64,000 bases of DNA from the human T2T-CHM13v2.0 reference genome, Homo sapiens. Shown in pieces: positions 15,244 to 34,490 of the stretch. The notes under the pieces were generated by a model that was not told the DNA's origin, did no database searches, and saw nothing but the letters and a program-made list of their open reading frames with translations. Within the stretch, counting starts at the first letter, position 1, and the number at the start of each line of letters is the position of its first letter. The position numbers and the translations under genes were made by a program. Where the stretch lies: the NCBI RefSeq assembly GCF_009914755.1, contig NC_060929.1. One strand, given 5' to 3'.

Positions 15244-16023
15244 TCTGTATGCATGCCTGTTTTTTCAGCCATTTTGTGGGGGGAAACTATTAAATAAGTC
15301 CAGAATAGAGATGTGTGGCACACTGATACGAACAAAAGAGAAACAGACTAATGATGCAAAGGAGAAGAAAAACACCGTTATTTTTTTTCTGGAGGGAGGT
15401 TCTTGTACACACACTTTTAAATGACTAGCTCTCATAAGAATTCACTCACTATAACAAGGACAGCACCAAAAGAAACTAGGATGGACTTGAGGTTATATAC
15501 AAACAGCCTGTCTCGGAGACAGAGTTCTTCTGAGATGGGCCACAAGGAAAATGTGATACACAAAAATGTTAAGAGTTTGAGGGAAGGAGGGGAGCATTTG
15601 GGGCAGTTCATGGGTGGAGGTCTCAGTGTTCTCAATATAAACCAGGAGAAGAGGAAAGGTCTACATGGGAGGGCAGTGTAATAAGAAGTCAACAGAAAGG
15701 AATAAGATGATTGCTTGGGGCAGTGAGGGGCAAGCCAGGCTGGCTGTTAGGAGTTTTCAGGGGACCCAGTCATGGGAATTTATGGCACCCCTCCAGCCAT
15801 CTTGAAACACAGCAGGGACAGCAGATGGTTCTGAGCTGGCAATGTAGGGGTGGCCAGGGGGAAATGGGGTGACAGAATCCCGGGAACTGGTGAGAGAGTC
15901 ACTGAAATAGATGACCTTGGAGTCAGGCTGGATGGGGAGGCCAAGGTGGGTGGCAAGGGAAATGAGAGCAAGAATGGTCCATGACATAAGGTCATGAGAA
16001 GACTGTCCAGCAGGTTCAGGAGT

Positions 16024-16502
16024 CAGTTTGTATATTTTCCCTATCCAAATCTCATGTTGAAATTTAATCCCCAATGTTGGAGGTGGAGCCTAGTGGGAAG
16101 TGATTGGATTGTGGGGGCAGATTTCTCATGAGTTATTTAGTGTCACCCCCTTGGTGCTGTCCTTGTTATAGTAAGTAATTCCCATGAGATCTGGTCATTT
16201 AAAAGTGTGTGGTGGGCCGGGCACAGTGGCTCATGCCTGTAATCCCAGCACTTTGGGAGGCCAAGGCGGGCAGATCACCTGAGGTCAGGAGTTTGAGACT
16301 AGCCTGGCCAACATGGAGAAACCCCGTCTCTACTAAATAAAAATACAAAAAAAATTAGCCAGACATTGTGGTACATGACTGTAGTCCTAGCTACTCTAGA
16401 GGCTGAGGCACGAGAATCGCTTGAACCTGGGCAGCGGAGGTTGGCAATGAGCTGAGACTGCACTACTGCACTCCAGCCTGGGCAACAGAGCGAGACTCTG
16501 TC

Positions 16503-16533
<31 letters not shown>

Positions 16534-16769
16534 GTGTAGTGCCTCCCCTTTCTCTCTCTTTTGCTCCTGCTTTCACCATGTGATGTGCCTGCTTGTGCTT
16601 CACCTTCTTCTACAAGTAAAAGCTTCCTGAGGCCCTCCCAGAACCTGAGCAGATGCCAGCACCATGCTTGTACAGCCTGCAGAACTGTGAGCCAATTAAA
16701 CTTCTTTTCTTTATAAAGTACCCAGTCTCAGGTATTATTTTTACAGCAATTCAAGAACAGCCTAACACA
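16024..16769 (+). mobile_element. MSTA/MSTB-like MaLR LTR interrupted by an Alu
   Basis: 'ccaaatctcatgttgaaatttaatccccaatgttggaggtgg' ... 'catgcttgtacagcctgcagaactgtgagccaattaaa' ... 'cctaacaca'. Confidence 0.9.
16215..16532 (+). mobile_element. AluS (Sx/Sz-like)
   Basis: Full Alu, poly(A), TSD aaaagtgtgtggt/aaaaggtgtagt. Confidence 0.95.
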
Positions 16770-17141
16770 GAGTAGGACAGCAGACAAAGTGGATGGTGAA
16801 GAGGGGCACGTCAGAGATCATGTTTGTAATGCTGGAGAGTAAGAAGGAGTCCTAGTCCCTGCTGAGGGTGATGATGGAAGTGCCATCCTGCAGATAAGTC
16901 AGGTCCCAAAACCACCCAATGTATTCTGCTTAAAATGATGTTATTACAGTAGGTTCATGTGCATTAAAAAGTTCAAACTATATAGTGAACAAAAAAGCTA
17001 GTCCCCTTTCAAACAACTTCAGCCCTAACCCAAGCTTAGCCCCTTCTCCAAAGGCAACCACTGGTATTTTGGAGTGACTTTCCAGATCTTTGGCTCTGTA
17101 TTCTAGACACAGGCATATGTGCTCCCATTTCTGGAAGGAAG

Positions 17142-17320
17142 ATTATATATATATATTATATATATACATAAAAAAATATATACACACACACCCTTAAGAT
17201 AATATTAATCACATAATAAACATATCCATATATATTCATACCATATATAGTATTATATAATTGAAAATCTATTATATAATTACAAGATAGTATATTATAT
17301 TATTATATAATGTATATTAA
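17142..17320. repeat. AT-rich (TA)n low-complexity tract
   Basis: Seen directly. Confidence 0.85.
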
Positions 17321-18222
17321 TTTGCACACCGCTTCATGCTTGATTTCACTGGAATTGCCCCACATTGTGAAAATGGCAACTCTGACTTTGCCTCTTTAAC
17401 TTGACTTGTCACTGGGTCTTTCAAGTAAGAAAGATGGGTGCTCTTCGTGGAAAAAAGAATTTTACTGAGGGCAGCCCAGATGGCAGCCTGTGAAGGGTGA
17501 GGTCCATGGGTAAAGCTGGCCCAGAAAGGTTTTCTCTTTCCTCCTGCTAGAGGCAGTAAAGTTGTGTCTCAGTGTTTTTGGCACATGGTTTTCCAACATC
17601 TAGGAATATTTTCCTCTTTCCGGTGGGAGTTGTATCTCCCTTCCTGGAATCTAAACAAGTTCAAAACAAACTCCTAAACAAAGGGACTCTCTGCTCCATG
17701 GTTCTCAACTCCATTCCCTTGAGAGGCACAAGCTGAGATTCTACTCTTCTGATTACTTTCCCAGGCAAGCTCCACAGAGAATCCCACACCAGGCCTTCCT
17801 CTTGCACCTTGCCAGTGGCCACCAATTGTTATGAACATCCTTATGGGTGTAGCATTTTACACCCTTTATTTATGCTGTCATAATTATGCAGGGAAAAGAA
17901 GATTGTTTTCCTGATAGAAGCTATTTGGGGACTTTCGATGACCCGAGGTTCAATGAATGGTCTTGCCTAAGACAAATTGATCACCATTAAGCTGAATGAG
18001 ATAAAATGAATCCTAGACAAAGGATGGTGAGAGGCCCCCATTTAAGTCCTGATTCTGCCCCTCTGCCTCATCACGAGGCTGAGAGGCTGAGCAGCTTGTC
18101 CAAGGGTGCATTCATCAATTATGAAATTGAAACATAATCTCTGCCCTATGTGCTTTACAGAGTGGCTGTGAGAGGAAATTCAGAAGTATCTTTGGAAGCA
18201 TTTTGTTAATTTTGAGATGCTG

Positions 18223-21200
18223 GGGACATCATCAAAATGAAAAACTTTTGTGCCTCAAAGAACACCATCAAGAAACTGAAAAGACAACCCAAGAAGACAA
18301 AATTTGCAAATCTTATATCTGATATAATATAGAATATATAAATAAATATATATATACACATATCTATAACATATAAAGAATTCTTACAATTTAAAAATCA
18401 AAGTAAAATAAACCAATTTAAAAATAAACAAAAGAACTGAACAAATGTTTCTCCAAAGAAGATATATAAATGGCCAATAAGCTCATGGAAAGATGATTGA
18501 CATCATTAGTCCTCAGGGAAAGCCAAATCCAAACCACAATGAGATACCACTTTATACCCACTAAGATGGCTACAATCAAAAGGCCAGAAAATAACAAGTA
18601 TTGGCAAGGATGTGGAGCAATCAGAACCTTAATACAATGGTGGTGGGGATGTATAATGGTGCAGCCACTTTTAAAATCCAGTCTGTTAGTTCTTCATCAT
18701 TGATATGGTTTGACTCTGTGTCCCCACCCAAAACTCATCTTGAATTGTACTCCCATAATTCCCACGTGTTGTAGGAGGGACCCACTGGGAGATAATTTGA
18801 ATCATCGTGGTGGATTCTCCCATACTGTTCTTGTGGTAGTGAATAAGTCTCACAAGATCTGATAATTTTATCAGGGGTTTCTGCTTTTTCATCTTCCTCA
18901 TTTTCTCTTGCTGCCACCACATAAAAAATGTCTTTCCCCTCCTGCCATAATTCTGAGGCCTCCCCAGCCATGTGGAGGTGTAAGTCCAATTAAACCTCTT
19001 TATCTTCCCAGTCTCTGGTATGTCTTTATCAGCAGCATGAAACAGAGTAATACAGTAAATTGGTACCAGTAGAGTGAGGCATTGCTGAAAAAATACCCAA
19101 AAATGTGGAAGCAACTTTGGAACTGGGTAACAGGCAGAGGTTGGAACAGTTTGGAGGGCTCAGAAGAAAACAGGAAAATGTGGGACAGTTTGGAACTTTC
19201 TAGAGACTTGTCGAATAGCTTTGACAAAAATACTGATAATGATATGGACAATGAAATCCAGGCTGAGGTGGTCTCAGATGGAGATGAGGAACTTGTTGGG
19301 AGCTGGAGCAAAGGTGACTCTTGTTATGTTTTAGCAAAGAGACTGGCAGCATTCTGTCCCTGCTCTAGAGATTTGTGGAACTTTGAACTTCAGAGAGATG
19401 ATTTAGGGTATCTCGTGGAAGAAATTTCTGAGCAACAAAGCATTCAAGAGGTGACTTGGGTGCTGCTAAAAGCATTCCATTTTAAAAGGGAAGCAGAGCA
19501 TAAAAATTTGGAAAATTTGCAGCCTGGCAATGTGGTAGAAAAGAAAATCCCATTTTCTGAGGAGAAATTCAAGCTGGCTGCAGATATTTGCATAAGTAAC
19601 AGGGAGCTGAATGTTAATCCTCAAGATAATGGGGAAAATGTCTCCAGGGTATATCAGAGATCTTTATGACAGCCTCTCCCATCACAGACCTGCAGGTCTA
19701 GGAAGAAAAAATGGTTTTGTGGGACAGGGCCAGGGTCCCCATGCTGTGTGCAGCCTAGGGACTTGGGCTCTGTGTTCCAGCCACTGAAAGGGGCCAACAC
19801 AGAGCTCAGGCCATGGTTTCAGAGGGTGCAAGCCCCAAGCCTTGGCAGCTGCCACGTGGTGTTGAGGCTACGAGTGCATGGAAGTCAAGAATTATGGTTT
19901 GGCCTGGATTTCAGAAGATGTATGGAAATGCCTGGATGCCTAGGCAGAAGTTTGCTGCAGAAATAGGGCTCTCATGAGGAACTTTTGCTAGGGCAGTGCA
20001 GAAGGGAAATGTGGGGTTAGAGCTCCCACAAAGAGTCTCTACTGGGGCACTGCCTAGTGGAGCTGTGAGAAGAGGGCCCCCATCCTCCAGATCCTAGAAT
20101 AGTAGATCAACCTACAGCTTGCACCATGTGCCTGGAAAAGACACAGACACTCAACACCAGCCTGTGAAAGCAGCTTGGAGGGAGGCTGTACCCTGCAAAA
20201 TCACAAGGGTGGAGCTGCCCAAGACCATGGGAACCCACCTCTTGCATCAGCATGACCTGGATGTGAGACCTGAATTCAAAGGAGATCATTTTGGAGCTTT
20301 AAAATTTGACTGCCCCACTGGATTTCAGACTTCCATGGGCCCTGTAACTCCTTTGTTTTGGCCCATTTATCTCATTTGGAATGGCTGTATTTACCCAATA
20401 CCTGTACCCGCGTTGTATCTAGGAAGTAACTAGCTTGCTTTTGATTTTACAGGCTCATTGAGAGAAGGGACTTGCCTTGTCTCAGATGAGACTTTGAACT
20501 GTGGACTTTTGAGTTAATGCTGAAATGAGTTAAGACTTTGGGGGACTGTTGGGAAGGCATGATTAGTTTTGAAATGTGAAGACATGAGATTTGGAGGGGC
20601 CAGGGGTGGAATGATATGGCTTGGCTCTGTGTCCCCACCCAAATCTCATCTCGAGTTGTACTCCCACAATTCCCATATGTTGTGGGAGGGACCCAGTGGG
20701 AGATAATTTGAATCAGAGTGGTGGAGTCCCCCATACTGTTCTCGTGGTAGTGAATCAGTCTCACAAGATCTGATGGTTTTATCAGGGATTTCTACTTTTG
20801 CATCTTCCTCATTTTCTCTTGCCACCACCATGTAAAAAGTGCCTTTCGCTTCCTGCCATGATTCTGAGGCCTTCTAGCCATATGGAACTGTAAGTCCAAT
20901 TAAATATCTATTTCTTTCCAGTCTCGAGTATGCCTTTATCGGTCAACAGCATGAAAATGGACTAATACAGTCATGTTAAACATAAGAGTTATTATTTGAT
21001 CCAGCAACTCTACTGCTAGTTTTGTATCCCCAAGAAAAATGAAAAGTTATGTTCACACAGAAACTTGCACATGAATGTTTATGGTTACATTATTCATAAT
21101 AGCCAAAAGATAGAAACAATCCAAATGCCTGGTAATTAATGAATGAATACAAATGTGGTATATGCATACAATAGAATATTATTCCCCAATAAAAATAAAT

Positions 21201-21515
21201 GAAATACCAATACATGGTACAACATAGATAAACCTTAAAAACATTATGCTAAATGAAAGAAGCCAATTACAAAAGACCACATGCTGCATGTATGATTCTA
21301 CTTCTTTGAAATGTCCAGAATAGGCAGATCTATACACACAGAAAGTAGTTGCTTGGGGCTGGGAGGTATGGGGGAATTGAAGAGTAATAGCTAAAGGGCA
21401 CAAGCTTTCTTTATGACATGTCACAAATGTTCTAAAATTGATTGTGATGATGGTTGCACAACTATGTGATTATACTAAAAATCACTGAACTGTACAATTT
21501 AAATAGGTGAATTGC
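18223..21515 (+). mobile_element. L1MB-like 3' portion split by THE1A
   Basis: ORF2 C-terminal remnant (TTMRYHFIPTKMA) resumes after 20974; 3'UTR 'aaatgttctaaaattgattgtgatgatggttgcacaact'. Confidence 0.85.
18701..20969 (+). mobile_element. Complete THE1A element: LTR 18701-19054, internal 19055-20611, LTR 20612-20969
   Basis: Two LTRs tgatatgg...taataca with THE1A-type 'gagataatttgaatca'; 5-bp TSD atcat/gtcat; ORF 19082-19669 is the MaLR internal ORF remnant. Confidence 0.95.
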
Positions 21516-23457
21516 GAGGCTTCAAGATGGCTGACTAAAGGCATCTGGTGCTTGCCTCCTCCACAAAGAAGAATCTAAATAGAGTAGAACACTTTGAATA
21601 TATCATCTAAGAAACTACACTGGAATTCAACTGAGAAATGACAGGAAAATCCAAAGCAAGGAAGCAGAGGGAAGTCAGGCAGTCTGCTTGGCCAGGATTG
21701 GCTGGGAGCCTGGGGAGGCTCCACAATGCAGCGAAAGAATGAGTGAGTGATTCCCAGAGATTAACATTTCCACTATAGACTCCTGCATCCTCTGCATGGG
21801 AAAGCCCTAGACCCTTGCAGTCTTCAAGACTAATATCAAAAGCTGCCTGAAGATCAAAGGCATTGTTCCAGAAAGAGAGCTCATGCTGGGCCCCACACAC
21901 CCCAAGCCCTAAGCAGCTACAGCAAAATGCCATATTGAGAGCCCAGCTTCCAAGAGACCACAGACTCCAAGGCAGAAGAGTAAGCCATTAGCAAAACCCC
22001 ACTGCCCCCCACAATGAAGCCACTGCATATTTTCATGCATCGCAATGACAAACCCCCCTACCCTCAACAGCTGCTTATGGCTGCCACTGCCAGGATTCAA
22101 GCATGAGCAAAATGCATACTCCCCAGCCACCTGCATATGGCTCCTGCCACTAAAAGCAACCCTGCCCTTCCCACAAGCCCTGAGCAGGCCTGGAGTGCAG
22201 CCACTGCAGTCCCCACCTGAACATTCTGCCTTGGGCCTGGAGATCACCCCACCCCTGCCAACCATAGCCAGCACCTGCAAGCCCCACTAGCAGACCTAAA
22301 GGACACAATTGCGTGGCTCACTCCACCACCCAAACCTCCTAGTGCCAGAGCACACAGTGCAGGGACCTGGAGACTGCTTAGTCCAGTCCATCACCATTGG
22401 CACTTGAGCCCTTCTCCCAGGGGCCTGAGGTGAGGCTCATTCGGCCTGCCACTGCCACTGCAGTTGATACTCACCCACACATGCTACCAGTGGGCCTAAG
22501 GCTCACCCTGCCTCTGCCTACCACAGCTAGTACCTGCAAGTACCCCTGGGAGGACTAAGGACCAGTTTGCCCAGCCTTGCTCTGCTCCCCCACCACCAGT
22601 ACCAGAGCATGTGGTCCAGAGACCTGGGGACCACCCAGCCCAGTCCACCATTGTTGGCACCTGAGCACTCCTCCTGGAAGCTTGAGTTCAAGCCCACCCA
22701 AACTGCCATTACCACCACAGTGGGCACACACCTATAGGCCTACGGACTGGCCCACCCAGCCCATCACAGCCACTGTCAACACAAGTACAGACCATGTAGG
22801 ACCCAGAGATTAGTCCATCTACTGCTACTACAATCATCCATGCCATGACCATTGCCCAGGGGCCTGAAAACCCACCCACTTGCCTAGCCCAACTCTGCTA
22901 CTACCAGCACCTGAGAAAGCCACCTGGGGATCCAAGAATTGGACTGCCTGGAACCACTGAAACCAGTGCCAATATATGCCACCCTGGAGCCCAAGGGCAG
23001 GCATGCTCAGCCCACTGCTGCCACCACAGAGGTCTGAAGATAGGACCACCTGGCATTGCTGTATCCAGCAAAACTTTGCCACAGTCTCCACTCCACTAAC
23101 AATTGCACCCTAAGCCACTCAGGAAATCACAGACACCACTGACGATGTTTACAGCTGAAGAAATCATATGGAGACCACACTGCTGCACACATCCAAAATC
23201 AATGGCAAAGTGCCCGACCCAACCAACACCATAGATACATCTTCAAAAAAGTACCCTCCCCTATGAAAGCAAATTTCAAAAATTGAAAGAAACAACTGTT
23301 ACACCAGATGCATGGACATCAATGTAAAAACATATGAAACATGAGAAAGCAAGAGAATATGACACCTCCAAGAGAACACAGTAATTCTCCAGCAATAGAG
23401 TTCAGTCAAAAGGAAATCTATGAAATCCCAGATAAAATACTCAAAATAATGATGTTA

Positions 23458-28649
<5,192 letters not shown>

Positions 28650-31600
28650 CAAAATAATGATATTAAGAAAGCTCATTGAGATACAAGAGAATACAGAACA
28701 ATAATATAAAAAATCAAAATAAATTCAGGATATGAATGAGAAATTTTCCAAATAGATAGCATACAAAAGAGTCAAGTGTAAATTCTGGAACTGAAGAATT
28801 CATTAAATGCAACATGAAACACATTTGAAAGCTTCAATATTAGACTTAACCAAGCAGAAGAAAAATTTCAGAACTTGAAGATAAGTCATTTGAAATAAAC
28901 CAGGCAGACAAAAATACAGAAAAAAGAATTAAAAAGAGTGAACAAAGCTTATGTGACATATGGAACACTGTCACATGACTAAATACTCAAATTTTCAGTA
29001 TTCTGGAGGAAAGAGAAAGTGAAAGGGTTAGAAACCCTATTTAACAAACCAGTAGCTGAAAACAGCCCAAGTCTAGCAAGAGATTTAGACATCCAGACAC
29101 AGAAAGGTCAGAAATCCCCAGACAGATACAATGCAGAAAGATCTTTCCACAGCATATTATAATCTAATTGTCAAAAGTCAAAGACAGAAAGAATTCTAAA
29201 GAGAGAGAAAAATGTTTAGTCACTTATAAGGGAACCCCCATCAGACTAACAATGGACTTTTCAGAAGAAACCTTACAGGCCAGAAGAGAATGAGGTAATA
29301 TATTTGAGATAATATATTCAAAGTGCTGAAAGAAAAAAAAAACTGTCAGTCAAGGATACTATTCCCAGCAAAGTTATACTTTATACATGAAGGAGGAATA
29401 GTCTTTCCCAGACAAGCAAAGAATGAAGGAATTCATCACCACTAGACCATCCCTACAAAAAAATGTTTTAGGGAATCCTGCACCTGGAAGCAAAGGGATG
29501 ATATCTGCCTTCAAAAAAATGTACAAAAGTATGAAACCCACTGGTAGAATGAAAACACAAATAAGAAAAAGAAAGGACTCAAATGTTACCACTATAGAAA
29601 ACCACAAAAACACAATGATAATAAGAGTGAAAGAAATGAACAAAGGATACACAAAATAATCAGAAATCAATTAATAAAATGACAGAAATAAGCCCTCACA
29701 TATCAATAATAACCTTGAATGTAAACAAATTGAACTTTCCACTTAAACTAGATAGCCTGGCTGAATGGATTTTAAAAAACATGACCCAACTATTGGCTGC
29801 CTACAAGAAAATCATCTCACCTGTAAAGACATGTAGACTGAAAGTGAAGGGACAGAAAATGATATTCCATGCAAATGGAAACCAAAAGTGAGCAGGAATA
29901 GCTATACTTAGATAAAACAGAGTTTAAATCAAAAACAGTAGAAAGAGACAAAGAAGATCATTATGTAATGATAAAGGAATCAATCCAGCAAGAGAATATG
30001 ACAATTCTAAACATACATTCACCCAACACCAGAGCACCAAGATATATAAGGTAAATACTATTAGATCTAAAGGGAGAGATAGGCTCCAATGCAACAATAG
30101 TTGAGGACTTCAACACACCCCACTCTCATCAGTAGACAGATCATCTAGATAGAAAATTAACAAAAAAAATGGATTTAAACTGCACATTAGACCAAATTTT
30201 CCTAACAGACATTTACAGAACGTTTCAACTGCAGCTACAAAATACACATTCTTCTCATTAGCACACAGAACATCCTCTAGGACAGACCATATATTAGGAC
30301 ACAAAACAAGTCTCAACAAATTTTTTAAAATTAAAATTATATCAACTATCTGCTAAGATCACAGTGGAATAAAACTAGAAATCAATAATAAAGGGAACTT
30401 GGAAAACTACAAATACATAAAAATTAAACAACATGCTCCTGAACTACCACTGGGTCAAGGAAGAAGTTAATGAGGAAGTAAGAAGATTCCTTGAAACAAA
30501 TGAAAAGCAAAAATTGTCATACCAAAACCTATGAAACACAGCAAAAGTAGTGCTAAGAGGGAAGCTTCTAGCACTAAATACCTACATCAAAAAAATAGAA
30601 AGATTCCAAACAAACAATCTAAAGGATGCACTCAAGGAATTAGAAAAGCAAGAATAAACCAACCAAAAATTAGTAGAAGTAAAAAAAAAAAAATCAGAAC
30701 AGAACTAAATGAAATAGAGGCGAAAAAGCTACAAAGAGTCAATGATATCAAAAGTTATTTTTTGGAAAGATAAACAAAATCAATAAACCGCTAGCTAGAC
30801 CAACCAAGAAAAAAAGGCAAAAGTCCCAAATAAACAAAATCAGAAATGGAAAGGAAACATTACAACTGATACCAAAGAGATACAAAAAATCATCAAAGAC
30901 TGTTATGAACAACTATATGCTGACAAACTGGAAAACCTACAAGAAATGGATAAATTCTGGACACATAAAACCTACCAATATTAAATTAGAAAGAAATTAA
31001 AAACTTGAACAGACCAATAACAAGTAATGAGATTGAATCAGTGATAAAAACCTTCCAACAAAGAAAAGTTCAGGAATGATGGCTTCACTGCTGAATACTA
31101 CCAAACTTTCAAAGGAGAACTCACACCATTCTCCTCAAACTATTCCAAAAACTTGAAGAGGACGGAACTCTTTCTAACTCATTCTACGAGATCAGCATTA
31201 ACCTGATATCAAAAACAGATAAGGATGCAACAACAACAAAAACTACAGGCCAATACCCTTGAGGAACATAGATGCAAAATCCTCAGCAAAATACTAGCAA
31301 ATTGAATCCAACAACACAACAAAAAGATAAACACCACGATCAAGTGGGATTTGTCCCAAGGATGCAAGGATGGATCAATATATATAAATCAATAAACATG
31401 ATCTATCACATCAACAGAATGAAGAACAAAACTCATATGATCATCTTAATGGATGCAGAAAAAGCATTTGACAAAATTCAACATGACTTTCTTATAAAAA
31501 CTCTCAGTAAACCAGGCATTAAAAGAACATTCCCCAACATAATAAAGGCCACATATAACAAACCCACAGCTAACATTATACTAAGTGGGAAAAAGCTGAA

Positions 31601-31952
31601 AGCCTTTCTTCTAAGAACTGGAACAAGACAAGAATGTCCACTTTTACCACTCCTATTCAACATAGTACTGCAAGTCCTGCTCAGAACAATCAGACAAGGG
31701 AAAGAAAAAGCATCCAAATTGCAAAAGAGGAAATCAAATTGTTTCTCTTTGCAGATAATACAATCTTATGTCTAGAAAATCCTGAAGACTCCACCAAAAA
31801 ACTCTTAGATATAAATAAATTTGATAAAGTTACAGAATACAAAATTAGCATACAAAAATCAGTGGCAATTCTACACACCAATAACGAAATACTTGAGAAT
31901 AAAATAAAGAAGGCAATTCCACTTACAATGGCTACACAAAAAATAAAATAAA

Positions 31953-32256
31953 GGCCAGTCATGGTGGTTCACACTTGTAATTCCAGCACTTTGAGAAGCC
32001 AAAAAGGATTGCTTGTGGGCAGAAATTCAAGACCAACCTGGCCAACATACAGAGGTGCCATCTCTACAAAAAAAATAAAAATAAAATTTAATTAGCCAGG
32101 CAAGCTGGTGTCATGAACTTGCAGTTCTAGCTACTCAGAAGACTGAGGTGGGAGTATCGCTTGAGCCTAGGAGGTCAAGGCTGCAGTGTGCTATGACAGC
32201 ACCGTGGAACTCCAGCCTGAGTGACAGAGCAAGACATTTGAGACACTGTCTCAAAA
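31953..32256 (+). mobile_element. AluJ with almost no tail
   Basis: J-type diagnostics 'ggaggtcaaggctgcagtg'; no TSD found. Confidence 0.88.
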
Positions 32257-32513
32257 TGCATCAAATGGGACTATACTAAACTAAAAAGCTTCTGCACAGC
32301 AAAGAAAACAATCAACAGAGTGAAGAGACAACCTGCTAATGGGAGAAAATATCTGCAAACTATTCATCTAACTAGGGACTACCATCCAGCATATACAAAG
32401 AACTCAAACAACTCAATAGTTAAAAAATAATAACAATAATCCCATTACAAAGTGGGTAAAAGGCATGAATAGACATTTCTCAAAAGAAGACATACAAAGG
32501 GCCAACAGGCACA

Positions 32514-33225
32514 TGTGTGGGGATTTCTTCCCACCAGCAGTCAGTCAATTTTCCAGCAGATTATTCAGTTAGGTGTCCTCTTATTCAATTCAATTCTGAC
32601 ACTATCTACTCATAGATTGCACCAGCTCCCATAGGGTAAGGGCTCAGTTTTACAAGACTGTGTCCACTTCAGACACAAGTCACAGTTCCTAGGACCTCCT
32701 GCTTGGATTTCATTAATTTTCTATAGTGGCTCACAGCATTCAGGGAAACACTTTGCTTATGTCTACTAGTTTATTAATAAAACATATAATAAATGATACA
32801 CATAAATGGACAGATGAAGAGATGGATAGGGCAAGGCATGTTGAAGGGGCATGAAGCCTTCATGTCCTTTCTAGGCATACCACCCTCTAGGAACCTCCTC
32901 ATGCTCAGCTATCCAGAAGCTCCTGAGCCTAATCCTTTAAGGTTTTTATGAAAGCTTCATTCTATAGGCATAATTGATTAAATCACCATTGGTGATCAAC
33001 TCAACTCTCAGCCCTTTGCCCCTCGCTTCTCCCTAAAAGTGGGGAGCTGGAGCTGAAAGTCCCAACCCTCTAGTCATGCCTTCATGTCCTTTTGCCAACC
33101 AGCCCCCACCCTGAAACTATCTAGGGATTTAAGACACTTTTATCACTCTGGAGATTCCAAGGGGTTTAGGAATAGTATGTCTGGACTTGGGGACCAACAC
33201 CAAATATGTATTTCATAACACGACA
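32514..33225 (-). mobile_element. MER21A-like LTR
   Basis: 'ggtgtcctc...aattcaattctgacactatctac', 'ctgaaagtcccaaccctcta', 'gagattccaaggggtttagga'. Confidence 0.8.
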
Positions 33226-33283
33226 GCCTCATACAGCCAAAGAACTTTGAAAAGAGCAAAATTCTTCAGACTCTATCATGCTG

Positions 33284-33760
33284 TGTTGAGGCAAAGTAGC
33301 AAACATAAGAAGTAATATTTGCTCATTTTTGCTTAAACCCCTATCTGTGATGAAATGCAGCTCTCCGGAAGATGCTTTGAAGACAAAACGGGATAGAACA
33401 CACACAGCCTCCATAACTCTTGCTTGAGTCACTATATTTCTTAAAAAAGAAATGACTCTGGCCCCTGTCTTTACTTACACATAAGACAACACCTGCCAAG
33501 ATTAGGCATTATGCCCCTGCAAACCGTAATCAGATGTGCTCTTGTACTCATTTGATGTGATTTTGCATGTGCCGAATCCCCAACACCTGTATAAGCAATG
33601 GACTAAACACTGCTTTGGAGGTGTCTAACAGAACCTCTCTAAAAGTCTCCTCCCAGCATATATGCCTCAGTCCATAGGCCTCCATAGGCCTCAGTAAGAC
33701 TTCTAAATAAAACTAACTTTAATTCTTTAAAAGCTTGCTTGTGTTTTTCTTTAGTCAATG
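33284..33760 (+). mobile_element. ERV1 solo LTR, LTR54-like
   Basis: 'tgttgaggcaaagtagcaaac...gatgctttgaagacaaaac...gagtcactatatt' and AATAAA near the 3' end. Confidence 0.6.
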
Positions 33761-34148
33761 GTCATGTCACATCTTTTCATCTGCATACATTCAGATACAT
33801 GTAGGCTGTACTTTGCCTGTTGCTTCTCAATTTTGCCAGAAAAATACTACCTTGGGAGCCCCTGTCTCTCTCAAAGAGGACAGAAATGAGCAGTGGTCAA
33901 CTATTTTCCCAGTTAGTAAGAAATAAGAGGACAGGTGACCAGCTCTGGGCTTCATCTCTCTGGAATCCTCAGGAACTCTAGGCTTGTTAATACCATAACA
34001 CTGAGTATTCCTGAAACAAAGGAAAAATACTTTTAATTTTTTTTTAAGAAAATATGGACTATAATATTGAATACTAAAAACACAAATAGTAAGAAAAATG
34101 CCACTCTAGGCTCACATCTTTTTTTCAAATAATCAGAGGGTGTGAGTA

Positions 34149-34490
34149 CAGTTGTCCTTCAGTATCTGTAGAGGGTTGGTTCCAGGACCCCTACAGATAC
34201 CAAAATCCACAGATGCTCAAGTCCCTGATATAAAATGGTGTAGTGTTTACATATAACCTATGCACATCTTTCTGTATGCTTTAAATCATCTCTAGGTTAC
34301 TTATAATACCTAATAAATATAAATGCCATGCAAATAGTTGTTACACTGTATTCTTTAGGGAATAATAACAAGAAAAAAGTCTATATACATATTCAGCATA
34401 AACATGACCACCCTTTTTTTCCTGAATATTCTCAATCTGCTGTTGGTTGAATCTATGGATGCAGAACCCACAGATATGCAGGGCCAATTA
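34149..34490. mobile_element. MER2 (TcMar-Tigger MITE)
   Basis: TA then cagttgtccttcagtatc...; inverted end 'gatatgcagggccaatta'. Confidence 0.9.

Noticed and set aside
19082-19669. 195-aa ORF
   Set aside because: Known THE1 internal ORF remnant, truncated by a stop.
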